From assembly GCF_001194135.2 (NCBI RefSeq), contig NC_068988.1, positions 39,379,907 to 39,414,149 on the forward strand: a stretch of 34,243 nucleotides of DNA, given 5' to 3'. This document shows positions 23,190 through 33,288 of this stretch, piece by piece (positions within the stretch are counted from its first letter, which is position 1; the number at the start of each line of letters is the position of its first letter). Below the pieces are notes generated by a model. It saw only the letters and a list, made by a program, of their open reading frames with translations. It was not told the DNA's origin and searched no databases. This DNA is from Octopus bimaculoides. Taxonomy: Eukaryota. Position numbers and translations under genes: made by a program.

Positions 23190-23232
23190 ATACTACTACT
23201 ACTACTACTGCCGCTGCTGCCGCTGCTGCTAC
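22497..23232. repeat. compound (CTA)n/(CTG)n/(CCA)n trinucleotide array spanning a gap
   Basis: Runs at 22497-22653 and 23045-23232; source of the poly-T/L/Y/V ORFs. Confidence 0.95.
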
Positions 23233-23255
23233 TGTATCGTTATTAATCTGTATTT

Positions 23256-23456
23256 GATTCAAATTTTGATACAAGACCAACAATTTCGGGGGAGGAGGTA
23301 AGTCGATTCCATTGACCCCAATGCTCAGCTGATTTTATCGACCTCGAGCGGATGAAAGGCAAAGTCGATTCCGGTGACATTTGAACTCAGATCGTCAAAA
23401 GTGGGTCAAATACCGCTTAGCATTTTGCCCGGCGTTGTAACGATTTGGCCAGCTGG
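23256..23456 (-). mobile_element. SINE family A
   Basis: ttcaaattttgatacaagacc...gatgaaaggcaaagtcgattccggtgacatttgaactcaga...aataccgcttagcattttgcccggcg. Confidence 0.85.
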
Positions 23457-23554
23457 ATCCTTTTTAGTCTGAATATTTAGTCTCTATCATTGCAGCTACT
23501 TTTATATAAGAAATCATAGGAAAGCAAGGAAAATGATGAGGGTTAGCATTCAGT

Positions 23555-23863
23555 GAAAAGAGGAGAATCCATTCCCGGACCAGGACTATATCCGGAAAAG
23601 TTATGTTTTGTGTTTTGTGGGATATGAAGCGCTTAAACCAAAGAGAAACATTAATGCGAAGCACTATTGTCGTCATTTTGAAGTGTTGCACAGGAAAATG
23701 CAGTAAAAAGCACCCATCATTGGTCAGTCGTGAAAGGGCGTTACTCTTAGCGGAAATGGAATTACGTTTATTGACCAATTCATCCAGGAAAAGATTATGG
23801 CATCAAATGTAGAAGTTTGTCTCATCCCACTTACTGTCCTGAACTTGTTTCGTCTGACCTCAC
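23555..23863 (+). pseudogene. mariner (DD34D-type) transposase catalytic-domain fossil
   Basis: Across frameshifts: PGLYPEK / VMFCVLWDMK / INAKHYCRHFEVLHRKMQ / KHPSLVSRERALLL / KIMA..EV.SHPTYCPELVSSDL (cf. HPKKVMLCVWWD and HPPYSPDLAPSD). Confidence 0.8.
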
Positions 23864-23930
23864 CGAGGTCAGATTTGTGTTTCATACCTCCAGGGTCAAT
23901 AAGATTACTAAATATCTCGGTGGGCTTTGA
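23864..23930 (+). mobile_element. SINE family A internal fragment
   Basis: ccgaggtcagatttgtgtttcatacctccagggtcaataagattac aligns to ccgaggtcgactttgcctttcatcctttcggggtcgataa. Confidence 0.55.
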
Positions 23931-24021
23931 TCGTAGACCATAAAGAATCACCATAATGCATCTCGTCCGAGGCTTTAATGATTCTTACACTCGTACCACC
24001 ATAATTTATTACTCAGCTAAA

Positions 24022-24602
24022 AATGTTGGCACAAGACCAGCAAATTCGGGGATAGGGTTAAGTCGATTATATCAACCTCATTGCTCAACTGGTACTTATT
24101 TTACAGGCCCCAAAAGGATGAAAGTCAAAATCGATCTCGATAGAATTCGAACTCAGAACATAAAGACGGCGAAACGCCGCTGAGCGTTTGGCCTGTTGCG
24201 CTAATGACTTTACCAGCTCAACGTCTTAGGCAGCTAGAAATATTTAGTGAGGGATTCGTTGATTAATTTGACCCTCGTACTAAATTTTATGGGCCCGCGA
24301 AAGATGAAATGCAAAGTTGCTCTCAGTGAGAATTGAACTCAAAACAGAGCTGTAAAACAATACCGCTAGTCATTTTGTCCGACGCTCAGATAATGGTTTT
24401 TCTGCAACATAAAACGGAAGCCTTAAAATTTTCAGAAGAGTATAATAGACTAAGATTGAACTCACTTCGTGAAAGGTATTTGTTTTATCGAACTCACGAG
24501 GGTGGAATGAAAAGTTGACCATGATGAAATTTGACCTCAGCTCTTAGAGAAGCATAATTTAACAGCCGAGAAATTTATGTTCACCGCGCTACCAATTGTA
24601 CC
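24022..24602 (-). mobile_element. three tandem SINE family A copies (about 24022-24222, 24245-24396, 24450-24602)
   Basis: Each has the aaagatgaaa..aaagt.ga..tc.g..gaatt(t)gaactca segment in the same orientation, with increasing decay. Confidence 0.75.
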
Positions 24603-25023
24603 ACAAATAAAGTGTAAAATTTAATCTAGGACTAGAATAAAAGAATAACTAATTTGATGTAACCCGTTAGGGAATGTATACCTGTTGAATACAAATAACT
24701 ATTTTAATAACCAACACACTGACGGCTATTTCAGTTATAGTAATAATGTAAATGTCTATCATACACATTTTAGCATATTTACTGCCTAACATTAGATTTG
24801 TTTCTAAAGTATGGAGGAAAAGTACTCTATGATGATATCATGTCTGCCAGGTAAAGCTTAGAAGATTCAGTCTAGCAGTCACTCGCTGGCCAATGATAAG
24901 AGGTCAGGCCGATGGCTGAAATTCTGTAATCATTAAAAAACCCAGTTTCCCAGCATTTGCTTTCGAGTAGGTACCGTGAAAAATTGGAATACCGAGAGAG
25001 AGACGTTCAGCCTCAAATTACTA

Positions 25024-25024
<1 letters not shown>

Positions 25025-25058
<34 letters not shown>

Positions 25059-25135
25059 GTCTATCTATCTATCTACGATGCTCTCTCTCAACACACACAC
25101 ATACACACACACACATACACACACTCTCACGCACG
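25025..25135. repeat. (TATC)n and (CA)n microsatellites
   Basis: Direct runs. Confidence 0.95.
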
Positions 25136-25367
25136 CACAAGCAAATACACTAACGCTTGCACACAATTATTTCATTCTTAAATTTTTGCACAGTTACTTA
25201 AAGCAATGACTACAGAAAAACTACAGGAAAAAACTTATCTTAATATCATAATACAGCTAGAGGGTAAAATAAATAAACGTGTGTATATAGTGTATGTATA
25301 CATATAAACAAGTCTGCATATCTATTCTATATTTTCGTATAGATATACATACAAAAATGTATGTATT

Positions 25368-25376
25368 ACACACACA

Positions 25377-25459
<83 letters not shown>
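25368..25459. repeat. (CA)n microsatellite
   Basis: Direct run. Confidence 0.95.
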
Positions 25460-25461
<2 letters not shown>

Positions 25462-25884
25462 TCATAGAAAAACAAAATCCTATTCCTAATGATTACATAG
25501 ATACTTATGCAGACACACAGAAGCGAACGCTCTTGTGTACAAAAGACGTGAAACGTTTGTTCTTCTAGTTAACATTCAGGAACGAACGCAGTTTCTTTCT
25601 CTGATGCTAGTTTCATTCTAGTCTGTTATTACTGTTATTATAGCAAACCTAGTTACCTCACCCTCAAGCATTCTGTCAATTGATGTGATTGCACTGTAGC
25701 TATTCCATGTTTATAGACATAACATTATAACGGTGTTTTGAGAAATACACATGCCAATGTGTATTCATGCATCTTATTTGTAATTATGAGATAAAACTAG
25801 ATAAAATGTGATGGGGAAAATAAATAAATAAATAAATGATAGTAGCGAGCGACGCGGTTTATAGAAGAATGATATATTATTTTT

Positions 25885-26825
25885 TTACTTTGGCACAAGG
25901 CCACACATTTTTACTGAGGGTGTAGCCTATCAAAACGACCCTATTATTAGACTGGTGTATTCTCTATAAGAAAAGGGAAAAGTAAGGTCGACCCACCTCG
26001 ATGCGAGCTCAGAAATTAAAGGGAGGTAACTAAGAACTACGGAACGTCGCAGTACATTTATCTATTATAGTAAAATCGGCAATAAAACTATTAGTCGTTT
26101 CTACTATAGGCACAAAGCCTGAGATCTGGGAGAGGGGCTAGTCGATTACGTCGACCCAAGTACTTGACGGGTAATTATTTTTCGACCTCGAAAGGATGAA
26201 AGGCAAAGTCGATCTCGGCAGAATTTGGACTCAGACGTAAAAACGGTCGCTTTGGCAATAAAACTAACAATGGTTTCAAATTTTGGCACGTGGTCAGCAA
26301 TCTCGGGGGAGGGGCTTAAGTCGATTACATCGACCCCAGTACTCAACTGGTACTTATTTTATCAGCCCCGAAAGGATGAAAGACAAAGTCGACCTCGACT
26401 ATAAAGTCGGACGCAATGCTACTATACATTTTGGTCGGTGTGCTAACGATTCTTTTCTATTATAGGCACAGGGACTGAAGCTTTGTGGGAGGGGACTAGA
26501 CAATTATAACGACCTCAGAATTTCACTGGTACTTAATTTATCGATCCCGAAAGGGTAAAAGGCAAAGTCAACCACGGCGGAATTTGAACTCAGAACATAG
26601 CGACGGGCGAAATACCGCTAAGCATTTCTCCACCGTGCTAACGACTCTGCTAGCTCGCGGCCTTAGCAATAAAGTAGTTTTTGCGAGAGAGGTTATTAGA
26701 TCTAATTCATCCGACTAGCTGACTGGTCGTCTATTTTACTGGCCCTGGAAAATTGAAACACAAAGTTACCTAGGTGTGATTTGAACACATAACTCAATGA
26801 ATCGGAAAAATCCTACAAGCCGTTC
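25885..26825 (-). mobile_element. five tandem SINE family A copies (about 25885-26040, 26096-26247, 26271-26452, 26453-26666, 26685-26825)
   Basis: Repeated ggcacaagg...gtcgattacatcgac...ctggtactt...gaaaggatgaaaggcaaagtcgac. The 26453-26666 copy is full length, with A-box-like TAGCAGAGTCG and B-box GAGTTCAAATTCC on the minus strand. Confidence 0.85.
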
Positions 26826-27094
26826 TAATTCTTTGATAGTAAAACTAATTAGTGTGTTAATGCCACAAGTGAAAAACCAGACAACGAACATTAAATATTA
26901 ATGATTTAAAGAAACATTTTCGTTTAAGATAGCTCTTCGTTGATTTCGATTATGAATATCCAGTTAGACGTTCAATTAAATTATCTACTTTTAAAATTTA
27001 CTATCCATATATATATTGTATAATTAAAAGAAATGAGAAATCTAGAATTAACTTAGAATAATCAGTGGCTTATACGTATTTGGACAATATATGA

Positions 27095-27337
27095 GGAGGT
27101 GATTTTACGGGAATGAAAAATCACAAACACCGGTTGTCAAGCGGTGGTGGGGGACAAACATAGACTCAAGGATACAAAGGCACACTCACATACATACATA
27201 CATACATATTTCTTTCTACCAGGCTCACTGACAATCTTCTGGTCGGCCCGAGGCTAGAGTAGAAGACACGCAGTGGGAGTGAATCCGAGACCATGTGGTT
27301 GGTAACCAAACTTCTTACCACACAGCCACGCCTGCGC
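27095..27337 (-). mobile_element. tRNA-derived SINE family C (possibly CORE-type), with internal (TATG)n
   Basis: Minus strand gcgcaggcgtggctgtgtggtaagaag (A-box) ...ggattcactccc (B-box-like)...gtgtcttctactctagcctcgggccgacc; CORE affinity is inference. Confidence 0.7.
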
Positions 27338-27586
27338 TTTTATATTAAATAATAAAGAGCAGCATGACACAATCCCTTTAAAAACAATTCGCTACAAATA
27401 ATTAAGAACTGGATATTAATCACCTGTGGATTTTCCGCGAAGGCTCACTAGTTTCAAAAATAAACCCGAGTCGGAGATTTAACTTTATTATTACGCAGCA
27501 GCAGATTTTTGTGATGTGTAGTCGGTGATGATATAAATGTGTAGAGATCTAAGGTAACATCGGTCTAGGAATATGTGTGTGTGTAT

Positions 27587-27649
<63 letters not shown>

Positions 27650-29199
27650 GCATATATGGCGTTTCTAAATCTCTCAGAGAGACTTATACAGTAGCAGCTG
27701 AGGCATTGCTTCAAATGGAGAATGCACTGAAGGCGATAAAGATGTGTNNNNNNNNNNTTGCTTCAAATGGAGAATGCACTGAAGGCGATAAAGATGTGTT
27801 TTCCCTAGAAATATATATATTTGCGAGGGTCTGACATGCATTTTCAACCAGCTTGTGTTGCTACTTCAGGCTGATGACGAGAGAGAGGGGGAGAGAGAGA
27901 GAGAGAGAGAGAGAGAGATATAGAGGGGGAGGGAGAGAGAGAGAGAGAGAACAACAGAGAAATACAGAGATAGTTAGCATATTAACATAGTCGGTGGAGT
28001 ATAAATGCTCATGCTGGGATTGTGGCTGGCTATGAGTATAAGGAACGCTATACACACACAATGAGAGAAATAATCATAGAAAATAGAGAAAGAGGACATC
28101 TTTCATATAAATATTTGTAGAGATAGACTTTCGATGTCGTAGATCGTATCAATGTGGATAAAAATTATTTAGAGTATGGAAAGATATTAAGTTATATACA
28201 TATATACAGACTTGTTCACATTCATGGATGGCAGTCACTCAAAATCATAGGAGAGCCTAAGAGTTTCGACAAGCTTCTGAAACGACAACGTATGCTTATC
28301 TTATTCCATCATCCAAACGCAAATTAAGGGTCAGTATTCTCTGAATCATGTTAATCATTCTCACTCATCTTTCATAAGATATACAGGAATTCATTCTTAT
28401 CTTTCTATCTAGTGATACTTGACGATGTTCAAGTAGATTTTGAAACATCGTAATACGTCCTACATCAAAGCCCTCTTATCATAGAAAGGTGAAAGAACGA
28501 TATTTCGGTCATTGACATGTGCAACAAGGCAAGTTTCATAATTTTCATCACTTCTTAGCTGATGGCTAAACTGATGTCTATTGAACTTGATGGACTAATG
28601 CACTGTCAGCCAAAAGCGTTAAGAATCTATTCATAATTCAAGACAAAATCCTCCCTAGAATCTCTTCAGTGCGCCTCTATCGACTTGCATATCATCAAAA
28701 GAACATCGTTTCTCTTACTATCCATTAACTTTTATAGATTACAAGAATTGATGGTTCGGCTTGTGGTAGGCTTTGACATCTTGACAACACAGCAGACGCA
28801 AAAGAAAAAAACAACAAAACATCAAGTGTTACACTTGAGTAAAGACTGCAACTCAAGAAGTCAAGCGAGGTAAAGACGACCATAACTATTCAGTCCGTAC
28901 ATATCGGAACTTCATTTGCGGTCGTGAAATTTGAGAATCTTCAGAATTGTTTTTTGCTAGCTGTTAAATTCGAAGATTAGCTGATTGTGTTCCCTTCACA
29001 ACAAGCGAAAGATCAGACACTTCATTTCTGCCTTTTCTGTACCAAACAGTCTAGACTCAATGAAGCTCCAGTACTTTAACCGGACTTTTCATGATAGGCA
29101 GTGACCTGTTTGGACTTGATCCTCATCATGTCGATTAATATTTTCACTAATTTGTTCTGCTTTATCAAAATATAGCTGCCTGGTTAAGAAGTTAAAATC

Positions 29200-29380
29200 G
29201 CGACTTAGTGTTTTGAGCTTGTACGGAATGTTTGGTAAGGGTTATTTCAGAAAGACTGGATCTTGAGTTAAGAACACTTCTTGGACTTGAATGATGCAGT
29301 GCATTGAAGTTGGTTGTTAATTATACACTGACGAGAGGTTGATTAGCCAGAGATATTCAGGAGTTCGGAAATATTTCTGG
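29200..29380 (+). pseudogene. possible Spy/PHIS-superfamily transposase C-terminal relic
   Basis: ALKLVVNYTLTRG (29301-29339); aattatacactgacgagaggt is 3 edits from a sequence encoding NDTAERG (VVND.AERG motif). Upstream SRLSVLSLYGMFGKGY.QKDW is compatible. Confidence 0.35.
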
Positions 29381-30154
29381 CGGCATCTACGTCTTTGTGT
29401 TTGTAGTATATTACACACACGTCAGGACAGTGAATGAATTTGCAGAAAGAAACGGAGGGTGTCAAAGTGTCTTAAAATTGATGAGGATGCTTCAAAAGAT
29501 ATCAAATTAGTTTTCCAAATATACCAATTTGGAACTGGACAAATCGCATTGTATCATCCATAATAAAAAACAAAAAGATAAAAAAAGGGGATAGCCACAC
29601 GAACAAGATCAAAACACTCCCCAAAAGCGTAACAGTTGTCAACTGAATCAGAACTATTTTTACATCTTTAGTTTGTATTTGAAAGAAAAAGGAAGGTTCC
29701 TAATTATAATTCAAGATATGTGAACAGTATTCATCCAATTTTCATAACAACAAACCAAAGTGATATTTTCCCCCTACCACACTTTCAATTGTACGTGTAC
29801 TTGTAGAAGTTGGTGAAAACTTCCTGAACGATGAACACAGCTGACTTCATTACTTTTCCTTAAAACCTTGACATTATTTTTTTATAGTGATCTCAGCCCT
29901 GGAGTCAATAGGAATTGATCTCCCCGCTAGCGATATAAACAAACGCTTTTCTGATGGTATCTACCTCAGTAAAATTTGTTCCAACATAACATCCACGTTT
30001 AAGTGGGAATAAATTATTTCTTTAATCATAGCTAGACAGAACCATCTTGCCAACCAGAAACCGCCGCTTGATTCTCACGAAGGACTTGCCTTACATCAAT
30101 AAGATGGTGAAAGCGAGGGACAATGAAAGAAAGCCTTACAAGCTATCTCAAACC

Positions 30155-30263
30155 GGTTAATGAGACATTAATGCCCAAGTCGAGCATGTGTATGTCAGTG
30201 TCTACAGCAAAAACGTCATTGAGGATTCTGGGCCAAATACATGCAACAGAAGGAACACTACAG
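30155..30263 (+). repeat. copy 1 of about 100-bp dispersed direct repeat
   Basis: 30171-30263 vs 32357-32449: 93 bp with 4 mismatches, plus a looser 16-bp extension upstream. Confidence 0.95.
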
Positions 30264-30454
30264 GAAATGACTAGCTTGTACCAGAAACTATTTAAAACAA
30301 TATCAAAAGATAGAAGGAACCGTAATCGTAAGATATTTAGATGGAGGTCAGTTTTATCGTCCTTATCGCATCAGTTATACTGATAGTTTTATCAGTAAGC
30401 TCATAATCAACTTTTAAACATATTCCCACATTCACACACACATTCGCATGCATA

Positions 30455-30662
30455 CGAAGGGATGCTGAAAGGTTCCAGGCATTAAGGGTATCGTCAAAGG
30501 CCTGGTTGGAGCACCAACCTTCCGAGTTCTTTTACAAAATCCGACAGACCACTGCAAAGAGTGTGTGAATCTGAGAGGGGAATATGTTGATTGAAATCAA
30601 AATTAATTGATGCTTCTACATATTCTTTTACCCAAAGTCAGGAACTTTTCAGCAGCTTCTCG
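30455..30662 (+). mobile_element. internally deleted mariner (MITE), 208 bp
   Basis: TIRs cgaagggatgctgaaaggttccaggc / gtcaggaacttttcagcagcttctcg, TA at 30453-54 and 30663-64; interior encodes AWLEHQPSEFFYK and DHCKECVNLRGEYVD* (mariner C-terminus). Confidence 0.85.
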
Positions 30663-31152
30663 TACACACATACATCGTAGTGGGATGACAAAGGTGTTAA
30701 GAAGTTTGCTTCGCAAACAGGACAATCCGATTTCGATCCAATTTTTATGAGCCTGTGTCATTTAACCATAAACTGGAGGGCACGCAAGCACTGACTGGAC
30801 AGAAACTGTGGTTCTTCAAATAGGTGACATATTCTATTGAAAGGTCTACTTTCGTCACGCTATGTCACATTACTTCAATTTGATAATTACATTAATCTTA
30901 GACGGGTCTATGGGATATTCCGGTAAGTGAATTAAGTCCGCTAGTAGGTCAGCTAGCTGATCGAAGACGCGTGCACGCCGAAATCGGCTGGCAAGTTCCT
31001 CCCCACCCACACACATCCTTTCTCCTACTAATATTATTAACTTCTTATGTTAGCATGAAATTGCAACATCATTACTAAATTCTTAGTACTGTTCTATATT
31101 TTTGAGATGAGGAATTCTGCACATTATTTACACTTTAAATAATGTAAATTCT

Positions 31153-31187
31153 TAGTCTTCATTAGCACAAGCGAAACCGGTCGACTA
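31153..31187 (+). ncRNA. decayed type-I hammerhead motif (pseudo-ribozyme)
   Basis: TAGTC ttcatta GC-ACAA-GC GAAA CCGG TC GACTA: perfect 5-bp stem I, palindromic ACCGGT stem III and GUC triplet, but the core has 3 substitutions vs CTGATGA. Confidence 0.45.
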
Positions 31188-31755
31188 CGTACATATCTCA
31201 TTATATATATATATGTATAAATAGAACAAAAACGCAACAGAGGACAATAAAACATCCAGATAGATAGACGATACAAAGGCAGACAGAAATAACAACAAAT
31301 AGAGGCACAGGAAAAAATATGAAAAAAAGCAAGGATGGGTCATTCGTAGTCTTCTCTCCTCCGTCAAATTTCCAGATTGTCCTTACAGTTTCAGGCAGTA
31401 ACACTTGAGACTGTTCAAATATATATATATATTGTTAAACATAAACATTCTTTGCATTTTCCTTCTTTTTATATTTTTCACTACAATTTGCTGCGCGGAA
31501 AAAATAATTTTTACTGAACCTTTAAAGNNNNNNNNNNNNNNNNNNNNNNNNNNNNNNNNNNNNNNNNNNNNNNNNNNNNNNNNNNNNNNNNNNNNNNNNN
31601 NNNNNNNNNNNNNNNNNNNNNNNNNNNNNNNNNNNNNNNNNNNNNNNNNNNNNNNNNNNNNNNNNNNNNNNNNNNNNNNNNNNNNNNNNNNNNNNNNNNN
31701 NNNNNNNNNNNNNNNNNNNNNNNNNNNNNNNNNNNNNNNNNNNNNNATATATATA

Positions 31756-31786
<31 letters not shown>

Positions 31787-32340
31787 TTACATACATACAC
31801 ACGTATATAGGTGGGATGATATTGAGAGAGAGAGAGAGAGGGAAAGAAAAAGCGAGAAAAAAGACAGAAAAGGGAGAAAAGAAAAAGTACTAAACATATG
31901 TTTATACACTCCTAATTTAGATGGGATTTTTTGTTTAAGCATCCATCCTAGCGTGTATGAGCAAGACTGATTTTCTAAAACTTTTACAACATGGGAAATA
32001 AATATGAACAGCCAATTTTATACTCACAGCTTTCAGAAAAGGCTTTCTCTCACTCTCTTTATCTCTCTATCTTTCACTCCCTCTCTCTGTATGCTAATGT
32101 GCGTGGGTGCGCATGTTTATTTGGGTGAATGTAAAAGTAAAAAAGTATATATGTCAATTGAATAGGTATTTGTGTATATAATATTTTGTAATAAAATACA
32201 ATACAATGTAAAATAATATAGGATGATGCAAAGCACATACATACACACACGCACGCACGCGCATATTCAGCAGATAAAACAAGCTGACTGACCCTTTAAG
32301 AGAATCAACCAACTAGTTGCAGGCTGTCTCACACCAGTGA

Positions 32341-32449
32341 GGTTAATGTAACACTCATGCTCAAGTCGAGCATGTGTATGTCAGTGTCTACCACAAAAAC
32401 GTCATTGAGGATTCTGGGCCAAATACATGCAACAGAATGAACACTACAG
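32341..32449 (+). repeat. copy 2 of about 100-bp dispersed direct repeat
   Basis: Matches 30155-30263. Confidence 0.95.
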
Positions 32450-32678
32450 AGAAGTCAACTAGGCAGAACGCCAAACTTGTCCACCAGAAAGAATAAGACG
32501 TCATCAGAATTATAAGTTCATCAGAATTAGATCCGTTCACGGAAAAACTTATGAATACACTGATTCCAAAACTGACCGTTACAAGCCCAAAACCATGCAC
32601 GTGACGCAAAAAAGAAACCAAGGTAACAGAAGCTATATTAAAACCCCTTTATTTTCTTCTTTCTTTCTNNNNNNNNNN

Positions 32679-32799
32679 GCCGATCATTTCTGATATTATT
32701 GAATTTTGTGAACATTTAATCATTTAAATATGGTGATCCACACTTCGCCGATCATTTTTGATATTAATGAATTTTGTGAACATTTAATCATCTAAACAT
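32679..32799. repeat. 53-bp tandem duplication, period 68
   Basis: gccgatcattt.tgatatta.tgaattttgtgaacatttaatcat.taaa.at at 32679 and 32747, 4 mismatches. Confidence 0.9.
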
Positions 32800-33025
32800 A
32801 TCATCTACTTAACAATTTTAAATTTTTAGAATCCCATACGGTTATAACATTGACAAACAAAAAATTGTTGAAACTAGTTTGGTATGTATATAAATAAATT
32901 TATTTAAAAACAATTACAAGTGTTTTAATTTCAGGTGCATTTCAACAACAAATTCTCCTATATTTTCTCCTGCGTGGAAATACACCCCTTCTTTTCTTAT
33001 GTATATATATATATATATATATATA

Positions 33026-33288
33026 CAAAATGGCTGATAGTTAGCAAGGTGAGGCACACATAAGAAAGAAGGAAACAAAGGACCACTGATGAGGTCACAG
33101 AAGTGTGACGAAAGAACTCTGGCCGAAATAAGATTAAGATTAATGTAATATAAAGCTGAAGCAAATTAACACCAAATATACAGTGCGTGTGTTTTTATTG
33201 GCTAAACTGGCAATATGACCATCCGCAAGTACAACAACATCTGTTTCAACACACGATTTCACATCAAAAATCTTGCAAAACAAATATG
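33026..33288 (+). mobile_element. hammerhead-bearing insert in (TA)n, probable PLE terminal (pLTR) fragment
   Basis: Bounded by (TA)n on both sides and contains an intact hammerhead; PLE assignment inferred. Confidence 0.55.
33080..33124 (+). ncRNA. minimal type-I hammerhead ribozyme
   Basis: GGACCA CTGATGA G GTCACA-GAAG-TGTGAC GAAA G-AA-C TC^ TGGCC: intact core, 6-bp stem II, A-U and G-C stem III, CUC triplet, stem I CCA/TGG plus GG/CC with a bulged A. Confidence 0.78.

Noticed and set aside
4388-27337. tRNA-like heads (4388, 21955, 26666, 27337) as tRNA genes
   Set aside because: A/B-box-like motifs lack a complete cloverleaf and continue into repeat bodies, so they are SINE heads.
27706-27799. 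Identical 42-bp direct repeat on either side of a 10-N gap
   Set aside because: Exact copies flanking a placeholder gap are the classic signature of unmerged overlapping contig ends.
30945-30995. Helitron 3' end (hairpin plus CTAG on the minus strand)
   Set aside because: CTAG is followed by C rather than T, and no 5' TC terminus or body is identifiable.
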